In this document: positions 8,205 to 16,350 of the stretch, piece by piece
Position numbering within the stretch: position 1 is the first letter of the stretch
How the letters are laid out: the number at the start of each line of letters is the position of its first letter
Source: Deltaproteobacteria bacterium
Lineage (GTDB): Bacteria > Myxococcota_A > Bradymonadia > REDH01
Direction of reading: 5' to 3'
Assembly (NCBI GenBank): GCA_013205435.1
Contig: JABMMX010000165.1
Coordinates: 1-43,869, forward strand
DNA length: 43,869 nt
Program-made: the position numbers and the translations under genes
Notes under the pieces: generated by a model
The model's input: the letters and a program-made list of their open reading frames with translations, nothing else
The model's database searches: none
What the model was told of the DNA's origin: nothing

Positions 8205-9394
8205 GGCGCCTCTGCGATGGTGGACCAGAAGGAGGTGCCGAGGGCCTCGGGCTGAGCGGCAACATCGAGCGCGTCGAGGATGGTGCGGCCAAGGTCGGCG
8301 AAGGTGGCGCGATCGCCGAGCGCGATGCCGGCGGTGGCGCCTTGGAGGAGACCGAGCAGCGGGACCCGTTCGCGGGTGTGGTCGGAGCCGCGGTAGGTGG
8401 GGTCGTTGCCGTGGTCTGCGGTGATGAGGAGCAGGTCGCCGGGCTGGAGCGCGCCGACGAGGGCGGGGAGCTCGCGGTCGAAGTCGCGCAGACATTGCGC
8501 GTAGCCGGCGGGGTCGCGGCGGTGGCCGTAGTGCATGTCGAAGTCGATGAGATTGGTGAAGACGAAGGGGGCGGTGCGTGCGCGCATGGCAGCCAACGTG
8601 GCTCGGATGCCGTCGGGGTTGCCGTGGGTGAGCTCCTCGGTGGTCACGCCGCAGCCGGAGAAGATGCTGGAGATTTTGCCGATGCCGTGGACCGCGACGC
8701 CGGCTGCCGCGAGCGCGTCGAGGAAGGTGGGGCGGGGCGGCTCGAGGGCGTAGTCTTTGCGGTTGTAGGTGCGCTCGTAGTTCGGCCAGCTGCCGACATA
8801 GGGGCGCGCGATGACGCGGCTCATGCCGGCGGCCAGCGCGATGGGGTAGGCGAGCTCGCACCAGCGGTAGAGGGTGGCGAGTGGGACGACCTCTTCGTGG
8901 GCCGCGATCTGCATGACGGGGTCGGCCGAGGTGTAGACGATGGGGAGGCCGGTGGCGGCGTGTTCGCGGCCGAGCCGCTCGATGATCTCGGTGCCCGAGG
9001 CAGCGCAGTTTCCGAGCACGCCGGACACGCCCGTGACCTCGCAGAAGGCGGCGATGAGGTCGGCGGGGAAGCCGTCAGGGAAGGTCTCGAAGGGCCTGTC
9101 CATGACGAGGCCCATCATCTCCCAGTGGCCGGTGGCGGTGTCTTTGCCGGGGGCCGTCTCGTTCATGCGGCCGAAGAAGCCGGCGGGGCGTTCGACGGGG
9201 CCGCAGCCACGGATCGGGCTCGGGCGGGCGATGTTGCCGAGGCCGAGCGCGCGGAGGTTGGGGAGCTCGAGCGGGCCTGCAGCATCGGCGATGTGGCCGA
9301 GCGTGTCGGAGCCGGTGTCTCCGAAGGCGGCGGCATCGGAGGCCTCGCCGATTCCAACGGAGTCGAGGACGATGAGGGTCACCTGTCTCGACAT
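8201..9394 (-). CDS. deoB: Phosphopentomutase
   Basis: The protein is colinear with E. coli DeoB: 'LIVLDSVGIGEASDAAAFGDTGSDTLGHI', 'GKDTATGHWEMMG', 'IVYTSADPVMQIAAHEE', 'FTNLIDFDMHYGHRRD' and 'LITADHGNDPT..GSDHTRE'. The start is set at ATG 9394. Confidence 0.9.
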   Translation of the reverse strand: MSRQVTLIVLDSVGIGEASDAAAFGDTGSDTLGHIADAAGPLELPNLRALGLGNIARPSPIRGCGPVERPAGFFGRMNETAPGKDTATGHWEMMGLVMDRPFETFPDGFPADLIAAFCEVTGVSGVLGNCAASGTEIIERLGREHAATGLPIVYTSADPVMQIAAHEEVVPLATLYRWCELAYPIALAAGMSRVIARPYVGSWPNYERTYNRKDYALEPPRPTFLDALAAAGVAVHGIGKISSIFSGCGVTTEELTHGNPDGIRATLAAMRARTAPFVFTNLIDFDMHYGHRRDPAGYAQCLRDFDRELPALVGALQPGDLLLITADHGNDPTYRGSDHTRERVPLLGLLQGATAGIALGDRATFADLGRTILDALDVAAQPEALGTSFWSTIAEAP

Positions 9395-9395
9395 C

Positions 9396-10553
9396 TCAGC
9401 CCCTTCCCTTGGCGCGCTGCTCGCCGAGGCTCTTTGCAAGTCGTTGGATGGCCGGCGCGAGGTTTCGGTTCTTCTGCACCTTGGCGAGGTCGGCCTTGCT
9501 CAGGGTGTTGATGAGACCGCTGGTGAGTCGTAACGGGGCCTTGGGGTTGTTCACGATGTTGACCAGGATTTTGTAGTTGCGGCGGTACCTTCCGTTGGTG
9601 CCGATATACATGATGATGTTGTCGGGGAGGCCCTTGTTGCCGCTCCAGGCCATGATGTCGGAGGGCTGCACCTTGGGCGAAGTGACGGCGGCCATGTGGA
9701 CGAGCCGGTTGTTGTCTCGGATGAGATAGTCGCGGTCGGCCTTGCTGCCGAGGGTGGCGGTCCGGACTTTTTGGGAGATGCTCATCTTGCCGATTTCGGC
9801 CTGCCGGTTGTTGGAGCCTTTGGCCTCGTCGACGGCATCGTTCTGGCGGGTTCGGACCTCGACGACCTGCTCATCGGAGAGGTTGGCCAGCATGGCGTTC
9901 TCGGCAGCCTCCTCTGAGAGCGAGCGGTCGAGGAGCTTCTTGAAGGCGGCATCGTCGGCGGGAGCGGCCAGTTTGGGGTCGAGTTCCTGCGCCGTACGCA
10001 CATCGGAGACGAGCTGTTCGAGCACATAGACGCGCTCGAACTTGAGTTTGTGGCGGCGGCCGAGATCGGTGACCCGGTCGACGGTCGACATGCGGGCCGC
10101 GGGGTTGAGGAAAATCCCCTCGATGATGGGTGGGTGGCGGAGGAGACGGACCTCGTTGGAGGCGATCAGCTCGGTGATCGACTCGCTGCAGACCTCGGCG
10201 ACGGTGGCGAAGGTCTCGTCACCGGTTTTGGGGTTGAAGAGGAGCTTTTCGAGGAGCGCATCGTTGTGCTTGAAGAGCTCTGCGATGAGGTCGAGGACGA
10301 GGGTCGGGAGGGGGCCGGAGACGAGGCCGAGGAGGACGGCCTGGGGCATGCCTGCGAGGGTGTCGCGGGCGGCCTTGGCGATGGGTGGCTCGGCGTCGAA
10401 GGTGAGCTGGTAGAGGAGGACGACGAGCTCGTTCGGCGGCGCGGGAACGAGGCCGCGGGCGGCCATCATGCGCATGGGCGGAGGCGAGGCGGCCTCGACG
10501 TTGCGGCGCAATCCCTGCGGGATCTCCTCCAGCGTGAGGGGCTTTCTCTCCAT
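9396..10553 (-). CDS. Helical-repeat (HEAT/LRV-like) protein of unknown function
   Basis: This is a well-formed ORF whose stop lies 1 nt before the deoB start. The preferred start is ATG 10553 (GGAG 6 nt upstream); the alternative is ATG 10571. It carries repeated 'NPxxP'-type helical motifs ('LFNPKTGDE', 'FLNPAARMS', 'IVNNPKAPLRL'). Its C-terminal ~130 aa is homologous to the C-terminus of CDS 18448-19152. Confidence 0.7.
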   Translation of the reverse strand: MERKPLTLEEIPQGLRRNVEAASPPPMRMMAARGLVPAPPNELVVLLYQLTFDAEPPIAKAARDTLAGMPQAVLLGLVSGPLPTLVLDLIAELFKHNDALLEKLLFNPKTGDETFATVAEVCSESITELIASNEVRLLRHPPIIEGIFLNPAARMSTVDRVTDLGRRHKLKFERVYVLEQLVSDVRTAQELDPKLAAPADDAAFKKLLDRSLSEEAAENAMLANLSDEQVVEVRTRQNDAVDEAKGSNNRQAEIGKMSISQKVRTATLGSKADRDYLIRDNNRLVHMAAVTSPKVQPSDIMAWSGNKGLPDNIIMYIGTNGRYRRNYKILVNIVNNPKAPLRLTSGLINTLSKADLAKVQKNRNLAPAIQRLAKSLGEQRAKGRG

Positions 10554-10628
10554 GGTGGCTCCGGCGGTCATCGGGTGTGGAGGTGCGGGTTATTCGATGG
10601 CGGGAGCGGGGGCAACCTGCGGGCCGAA

Positions 10629-10835
10629 TCAGCCGCCCTGTGTGGCGGAGACGAGCTCGATGCGGTCGCCCTCGTTCAGGATTGTGGCGGACCACTCGGC
10701 GCGGCGCACCACCTCGCCGTTTCGGGCGACGGCGACGCCGGTGCGGTCGGGCGGCAGGCCTGCGAGGAGGAGAAGATCGGTGAGGGTGGCGCCGGCGGGG
10801 AGCTCGCGGTCTGCGCCGTTGAGGGTGAGCTTCAT
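10629..10835 (-). CDS. thiS: Sulfur-carrier protein ThiS
   Basis: The protein is 68 aa with a ubiquitin-like pattern ('MKLTLNG..LPAGATLTDLL', 'VAVARNGEVV') and a C-terminal 'GG'. Its start overlaps the thiO stop (ATGA). Confidence 0.85.
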   Translation of the reverse strand: MKLTLNGADRELPAGATLTDLLLLAGLPPDRTGVAVARNGEVVRRAEWSATILNEGDRIELVSATQGG

Positions 10836-11947
10836 GGTGTGGCGTGGGTGGCGAGGAAGGGGCGGGCCACCTCAGGGATGGGGCGACCGAGGTGATGTGC
10901 GGTGACGGTGGCGACGGTGATGGGGAGCAGCAGCACGCCGTGGCGGTGGTGGCCGAGCGCGAAGGAGAGGCCGTCGATGGGGGAGGGGCCGAGGATGGGG
11001 CGGCCGCTCGCGGAGGCGGGGCGGAAGCCGGCCCAGGTCTCGGCGAGTTCGAGTTCGTAGGTGGAGGGGACGAGTTCGTAGGCGGCGCGGAGGAGCTCGC
11101 AGACGGCCTCCGAGGTGACGCGGGCGTCGAAGCCCATCTCCTCCATGGTGCCGCCGACGATGAGGCGGTCGCGCTTGGGTGCGAGATAGACCTCGGTGCT
11201 GCGGAGGACGGCGCGGGGCAGCTCCTCGCCGGGGCGTGGGCGGAGGGCGAGCGCCTGGCCCTTGACGGGGCGGATGGGGGGGCGGTGGGGCGCGAGGCCG
11301 TCGATGGTGCGGGTCCAGGCGCCGGAGGCGAGGAGGAGGTTGGTCGTGGCGACGGATTCGCCGGTGGCGAGTGTGAGGCTGCGGACAGCGCCGGCGGTCA
11401 CCTCGACGGAGGCGACAGCGGCCTCTTCGCGGAGCTCGCCGCCAAGGGTCAGGAAGGTGGTACGGAGGAGCTCGACGAGCTTGCGGTTGTCGAGCTGGTG
11501 GTCGCCTGCGCAGACAACGGCCATTCGGGCGCGGGCGGAGAGGAGAGGTTCGCGCTCGAGGAGGGCGTCGCGGTCGAGCCGCTCGACGGGCAGGTCGTAG
11601 TGACGGGCGAAGTCGTACCAGCGGCGGGCGGCCTCTTCGTCGTCGCGGTCGAGGGCGACGAAGAGGGTGCCGGTGTCGTCGTAGTCCACGGCGGCGCGGC
11701 CGTCGGCGTGGAGGCTGTCGGCGTAGTCGGCCCAGCGGCGCTGGCTCTCGACAAGGAGGCGGATCATCTCCACATCGTCGAAGTCGGCCTCAAAACGGGG
11801 CGCGAGCATGCCGGCGGCGGCCCACGATGCGCCCCGCCCTGCCCTGCCTCTGTCGAGCAGCGTGACGGAGCGGCCGGCGCGGAGCAGTTCCAGGCCGCAG
11901 GAGAGGCCGACGAGGCCGCCGCCTAGGATGTGGATGCGGTCGCTCAT
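10832..11947 (-). CDS. thiO: FAD-dependent glycine oxidase (ThiO-type)
   Basis: An N-terminal dinucleotide fold 'IHILGGGLVGLSCGLEL..GRSVTLLDRG' and DAO-family length are present. The gene is translationally coupled to thiS downstream. Confidence 0.8.
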   Translation of the reverse strand: MSDRIHILGGGLVGLSCGLELLRAGRSVTLLDRGRAGRGASWAAAGMLAPRFEADFDDVEMIRLLVESQRRWADYADSLHADGRAAVDYDDTGTLFVALDRDDEEAARRWYDFARHYDLPVERLDRDALLEREPLLSARARMAVVCAGDHQLDNRKLVELLRTTFLTLGGELREEAAVASVEVTAGAVRSLTLATGESVATTNLLLASGAWTRTIDGLAPHRPPIRPVKGQALALRPRPGEELPRAVLRSTEVYLAPKRDRLIVGGTMEEMGFDARVTSEAVCELLRAAYELVPSTYELELAETWAGFRPASASGRPILGPSPIDGLSFALGHHRHGVLLLPITVATVTAHHLGRPIPEVARPFLATHATP

Positions 11948-12909
11948 GTTGCGGCTGCCTGCTTGGCGGCCTGGCCGCGCGCATAGTTGACCAGCATCAC
12001 GCCCAGCAGCGTGAGGCCGCCTCCCTTGATGGCCATCGCGCTGGGCGGCTCATCGAAGACGATCCAGCCGGAGGTGAAGGCCACCAGCGGCGCGAAGTAG
12101 AGCAGTGTGGCGCAGGTGGTGGGGCCCAGTTTGGAGATGGCGTAGCTCCAGAGCGCATAGCCAAGCGCGCCCGGCAGCGCGCCGAGGTAGATGAGGGCGC
12201 CCCAGTTCTCCCAGGAGGCCTGCTGGGCCTCTTCGAAGAGGCCGGGAGCGAAGGGGAGGAGGGCGACCGTGGCGGGGAGGAAGTTCCAGACGGTGAACTT
12301 CCAGCTGCCGTATTTTGCCACGAGCCGCTTCTGGAAGACGAAGTGGCAGGAGGTCGTGATGGCGCAGCCGACGATGTAGAGCGCCGAGAGTTGGAAGGAG
12401 AGGGTGCGACCCTGTCCGATGACGAGGAGGGCGGCGCCGGCGAAGGCAACCAGCATGCCGGCCCAGACCTGCCAGGTGATGCGCTCGAGGCCCAAGGCGC
12501 CGACGAGGATGGTGGTGAAGACGGGGGCGGTCTGCAGCAGCAGCGAGGTGGTTCCGGGCGGGACCTGCTGCTGCCCGAAGTTGAGGAGCAGGTGGTAGGC
12601 GGTGATGCCTACGAGGCCGAGCCCTGCGATGGGGAGGAGGTCTTCGCGGTCGGGGAGCGGGGTGATGCGGGCGGCAGGGTTGCCGGCGGCGACGCGGACG
12701 ACCGAGAGCAGGAGCAGGACGGCGGTGCCGATGGCGAAGCGGCCGAGCGCGAGCGGGCCGGGGCCGAAGCCCTCGAGGGCAATCTTCACGCCGGTGTAGG
12801 CGGTGCCCCAGAAGAGGATGACGAGCGAGGCGGCCATCCAGGCGAGCTGGCGCTCCCGCTCGGGGGTGCGGGTGGCGGGCGGCGAGGTCTGGGCGGCGGG
12901 GGCGGACAT
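11944..12909 (-). CDS. EamA/DMT-family transporter
   Basis: The protein is 321 aa with about 10 predicted hydrophobic helices in two EamA-like halves ('LFWGTAYTGVKIAL', 'YFAPLVAFTSGWIVFDE'). The start is ATG 12909, preceded by GAAGG. The stop overlaps the thiO start (ATGA). The upstream 266 aa of the track ORF is rejected as non-coding-like. Confidence 0.85.
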   Translation of the reverse strand: MSAPAAQTSPPATRTPERERQLAWMAASLVILFWGTAYTGVKIALEGFGPGPLALGRFAIGTAVLLLLSVVRVAAGNPAARITPLPDREDLLPIAGLGLVGITAYHLLLNFGQQQVPPGTTSLLLQTAPVFTTILVGALGLERITWQVWAGMLVAFAGAALLVIGQGRTLSFQLSALYIVGCAITTSCHFVFQKRLVAKYGSWKFTVWNFLPATVALLPFAPGLFEEAQQASWENWGALIYLGALPGALGYALWSYAISKLGPTTCATLLYFAPLVAFTSGWIVFDEPPSAMAIKGGGLTLLGVMLVNYARGQAAKQAAAT

Positions 12910-13044
12910 GGTGTTACCTTCGTTGCGCAGAGCGCTTATTGCGGCGGAGGGCGCGCGTCGAGATCCGCAGAGCGCGACCCTCGCCAACAGCGGGCGGTTG
13001 GGGTATGTCGCAGCCCTCTTGCGACCGCTCCGAAGGACCTCCAC

Positions 13045-15498
13045 ATGGCCACCCGATCCCGCCCCTCTCTCCCTGAACGCGACCCGAGCCGGCCGCGGAG
13101 CGGAGCAGGGAGCAACGCGGAGGGTGGCGAGGCAGTTGCAGGGCCCGACATCGAGGGGTTTGTCCGCGGCCTGCAGCGGGCGCAGCGGACGCGCGACTCC
13201 ATCACGATGCTCAAGCGGTTCCCGCCCAAGGCCGGTGATTTTGCCGCGATGCCCGACTTTGTGCCGGCCTGGATGTCGGAGTCGCTCGCGAAGATGGGCA
13301 AGGCGCGGCCCTACAGCCACCAGGCAGAGGCCTGGGGCCACATCCATGCGCGGCGCCACACCGTTGTGGTCACACCGACCGCCTCGGGCAAGACGCTCTG
13401 CTACAACGTGCCCATCGCGCAGATGCTCCGCGAAGAGGAGGGCACCGCGCTCTACCTCTACCCGACCAAGGCGCTGTCGCAGGACCAGTGCGCCGAGCTC
13501 AACGAGCTCTTCCGCGCGACGGGCATTGAGGAGCAGGCGCATGTCTATGACGGCGACACACCGGCCGACCTCCGGCGCACCATCCGCGACCGTGCGCGGG
13601 CGGTGCTCACCAACCCCGACATGCTGCACCAGTCGATCCTGCCCAACCATGACCGATGGCGGCGGCTCTTCTCGTCGCTCCGCTTTGTGGTCATCGACGA
13701 GATGCACACCTACCGCGGCGTCTTCGGCTCACACGTTGCGAACGTCATCCGAAGGCTCCAGCGCATCTGCCGCTACTACGGATCTGCGCCGCAGTTCGTC
13801 TTCACCTCGGCTACGATCGCCAACCCGGGCGAGCTGGCGGAGAACCTGATCGGAGAGCCTGCGACGGTTATATCGAAGTCGGGCGCGCCGTCGGGCGAGC
13901 GGCTCTTCATGCTCTACAATCCGCCGATCCTGAATATCGAAGATGGGCGGCGGCAGTCGCCCGGTTCGGCGGCGCAGCAGCTCGTTGTTCCGCTGCTCGA
14001 GATGGGCGCGGGCGCCATCGTTTTCGCGCGGAGCCGGCAGGGGGTGGAGGTGCTGACGCGCCGCATCCGTGAGTCGCTCGTGGAGCGGCGCAAGAAGGAG
14101 CTCGCGAGCCGCGTCGACGGCTACCGCGGCGGCTACCTGCCGGAAGACCGGCGGCGCATCGAGCGGGGTCTCCGCGCAGGCACCATCCGCGGCGTCATCA
14201 CCACCAACGCGCTCGAGCTCGGCATCGACATCGGCGCGCTCGATGTGGCGGTGCTGGCGGGCTACCCCGGCACCATCGCCTCCACCTGGCAGCAGGCAGG
14301 CCGCGCAGGCAGGCGACAGACCACCGCGCTCGTGGTGCTGGTGGCCGGCTCCGACCCCGTCGATCAGTATCTCATCACCCATCCCGAGAGCTTCTTCGAG
14401 TCGTCGCCCGAGTTCGGCCGCATCGACCCAGACAACCTCCGCATCCTGGCCGAGCATCTTCGGTGCGCCGTCTATGAGCTGCCCATCCGCACCGATGAGG
14501 CCTACGGTCGCTACGACGTGGAGGAGACGCAGGGCATCCTCGACTGGGTGGCCGAACACAACGGCCCGGTGCAGTGCAACGGTACCTCGTGGCGTTGGAA
14601 CGGCGAGGGCTATCCCGCACAGGGTGTGAACCTGCGCGACATGGCCGACGAGAACTTCGTCATCATCGACACCACGCAGCCGAAGAAGCCCAACATCCTC
14701 GGCGAGATCGACTTCGAGGGGGCCCACACGACGGTCTACGAGAAGGCCATCTACTCCCACTCGGGTGAGCTCTACGAGGTGCACCGGCTCGATTACAAAG
14801 AGCGCAAGGCCTACGTCCGGGCGGTGAAGACCGACTACTACACGCAGGCCATCGACCAGACGCGGGTCTTTGTGCTCGATGTGACCGAGGAGCTGGAAAG
14901 CCGGCGCCCCTTCCCCGGCGAAGGCGAGGTGCGGGTCGCCAAGCGGGTGGTCGGCTACAAGAAGATCCGGATGAAGACTTTTGAGAACATCGGTTACGGC
15001 GAGATCGCCCTGCCCGACCTCGACAAGCACACGACCAGCTACTGGTGCGTCTTCCCTTCGGCCTGGCTCGATCCGCTGGCCATCAAGGCCGACACGCTAT
15101 CGGGTGCGCTGACGGGTATCAGCCGGGTGATGCACACGCTGGCGCTGGTCCATCTGATGTGTGCAGCGGGCGACCTGCTGGTGACGGTGAGCGGGCGCCA
15201 GGGCGATGCCTGGGAGACGCTACCGACCAACGCGGCGCCGCTCGGGCCGCCGACAATTGCCGAAGACCCGGCCATCTTCCTCTACGACCGCTATCCGGGC
15301 GGCGTGGGCTTCTCGGAGCAGCTCTTCAAGCTGCACGGGGAGCTGCTGCGGAAGGCGAGCGAGCTGGTGGAGAGCTGCCCCTGCGGCAGCGGCTGCCCGT
15401 CGTGTGTGGGTCCGGTGGAGCTGATCGGCGAGGGCGGACGGGCGGCGGCCATCCGGCTGCTCCGCGCGGCGGTTGCCGACCTTGGGGAATCTTCATAG
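13045..15498 (+). CDS. mrfA: MrfA/YprA-type DEAD/DEAH-box helicase with C-terminal Zn-binding DUF1998 domain
   Basis: The protein is colinear with B. subtilis YprA/MrfA: 'VTPTASGKTLCYNVPI', 'LYLYPTKALSQDQ', 'LTNPDMLH', 'VVIDEMHTYRGVFGSHVANVIRRLQRICRYYG', 'FTSATIANPGELAE', 'TNALELGIDIG', 'QQAGRAGRR', and the C-terminal 'CPCGSGCPSCV'. The start is set at ATG 13045. Confidence 0.9.
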   Translation: MATRSRPSLPERDPSRPRSGAGSNAEGGEAVAGPDIEGFVRGLQRAQRTRDSITMLKRFPPKAGDFAAMPDFVPAWMSESLAKMGKARPYSHQAEAWGHIHARRHTVVVTPTASGKTLCYNVPIAQMLREEEGTALYLYPTKALSQDQCAELNELFRATGIEEQAHVYDGDTPADLRRTIRDRARAVLTNPDMLHQSILPNHDRWRRLFSSLRFVVIDEMHTYRGVFGSHVANVIRRLQRICRYYGSAPQFVFTSATIANPGELAENLIGEPATVISKSGAPSGERLFMLYNPPILNIEDGRRQSPGSAAQQLVVPLLEMGAGAIVFARSRQGVEVLTRRIRESLVERRKKELASRVDGYRGGYLPEDRRRIERGLRAGTIRGVITTNALELGIDIGALDVAVLAGYPGTIASTWQQAGRAGRRQTTALVVLVAGSDPVDQYLITHPESFFESSPEFGRIDPDNLRILAEHLRCAVYELPIRTDEAYGRYDVEETQGILDWVAEHNGPVQCNGTSWRWNGEGYPAQGVNLRDMADENFVIIDTTQPKKPNILGEIDFEGAHTTVYEKAIYSHSGELYEVHRLDYKERKAYVRAVKTDYYTQAIDQTRVFVLDVTEELESRRPFPGEGEVRVAKRVVGYKKIRMKTFENIGYGEIALPDLDKHTTSYWCVFPSAWLDPLAIKADTLSGALTGISRVMHTLALVHLMCAAGDLLVTVSGRQGDAWETLPTNAAPLGPPTIAEDPAIFLYDRYPGGVGFSEQLFKLHGELLRKASELVESCPCGSGCPSCVGPVELIGEGGRAAAIRLLRAAVADLGESS

Positions 15499-15561
15499 GT
15501 TGCACAGAACTTCGCCCCGCTCGGTAATGGGTGGGGTAGTCAGCAGCGAGGAGCCGGCCCC

Positions 15562-16311
15562 ATGGGCACGATGCAGTGGAAGCAACATTTTGAGCAGTCG
15601 GTGAACCGGCCGCGCAACATCCACTGGGAGGCTGGGTTCGCGGTGAAGTCGCCGTTGCGCGAGCCGCTTCTCCGGTCGCTGCAGACGCTGCAGCGTGGCC
15701 TCTCCTCGCCCGGCCTCGACTTCCGCACCAAGGTGCGCGCCTCCTGTCCGCGTGAGTATGCAGAGGTCATCGACCTCTATGTGCGCGAGAAGACCGTGCA
15801 CTCCGACCACCTCGCGCAGATCCTCTGGTCTGCGGGCGAGCGGCCGGTCTCGCGGCAGTGGACCGACTTTGCCTTCCGGCGGCTCCGGCGGCGCTTCGGA
15901 TGGGCCGAAGAGCTCATGGTGATGCTGACGGCGGAGATGGCCTCGGCGCCCTACTTCCGCGTGCTCTACAACACGGTGGATGACCCGCTGCTGCGCGAGG
16001 TGCTGGCCGGCATCATGGAGGATCAGGCCTATCATCTGGGCTTCCACCTCGACTTCCTCCGCGAAGAGCTGCAGAAGCAGTCGGCGGTCGATCGGGTGAC
16101 GACACAGCAGGTTTGGAGCACCTTCTTCGGCAGTGTGCTGGGCGTGGTCATCTTCGACAACCGCGAGGTCTTCGCGGCGCTCCGTTACGACAAGCTCACC
16201 TTCTGGACCGATGCCTGGAGCCTCTTTGCGCAGGTGCAGACAGGGCTCCACGGCAGCCAGCACATGTCGGCGCTTTTGGCGCGCGATCCACGCATCAAGT
16301 TTGTGGTCTGA
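15562..16311 (+). CDS. Hypothetical protein, possibly a ferritin-like four-helix-bundle fold
   Basis: GAGGAG lies 8 nt upstream of the ATG and third-position G+C is high. Helical segments carry paired acidic/His residues ('YVREKTVHSDH', 'IMEDQAYHLGFH') that resemble, but do not exactly match, di-iron ExxH motifs. Confidence 0.55.
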   Translation: MGTMQWKQHFEQSVNRPRNIHWEAGFAVKSPLREPLLRSLQTLQRGLSSPGLDFRTKVRASCPREYAEVIDLYVREKTVHSDHLAQILWSAGERPVSRQWTDFAFRRLRRRFGWAEELMVMLTAEMASAPYFRVLYNTVDDPLLREVLAGIMEDQAYHLGFHLDFLREELQKQSAVDRVTTQQVWSTFFGSVLGVVIFDNREVFAALRYDKLTFWTDAWSLFAQVQTGLHGSQHMSALLARDPRIKFVV

Positions 16312-16350
16312 TGATGCGTCACCGCTCTCCTTCGCGAGGCCTGTGAGGCC

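Noticed and set aside
8205-8861. An N-terminal 219-aa extension of the track ORF 6690-8861. Analogous upstream extensions occur at 12910-13707, 12343-13044, 31914-32159, 34401-34661, 5210-5665, 27854-28279 and 25936-26067.
   Set aside because: The extensions are Arg/His/Pro-rich and overlap well-supported neighbouring genes in another frame. They end at internal ATG or GTG codons that give proper N-termini (signal peptides, family-typical starts, Shine-Dalgarno-like GGAG), so the starts were trimmed.
12910-13044. Expected TPP (THI-box) riboswitch upstream of the EamA-thiO-thiS unit.
   Set aside because: I read the minus strand of the leader and found no CUGAGA or ACCUGAUCUGGAUAAUGCCAGC-like cores. 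A covariance-model search would be needed to exclude it formally.
13045-15498. The DUF1998-containing helicase considered as part of an anti-phage defence system (DISARM-like).
   Set aside because: The protein is colinear over its whole length with the DNA-repair helicase MrfA/YprA. No methyltransferase, PLD-nuclease, separate DrmB-like gene or other defence gene is adjacent.
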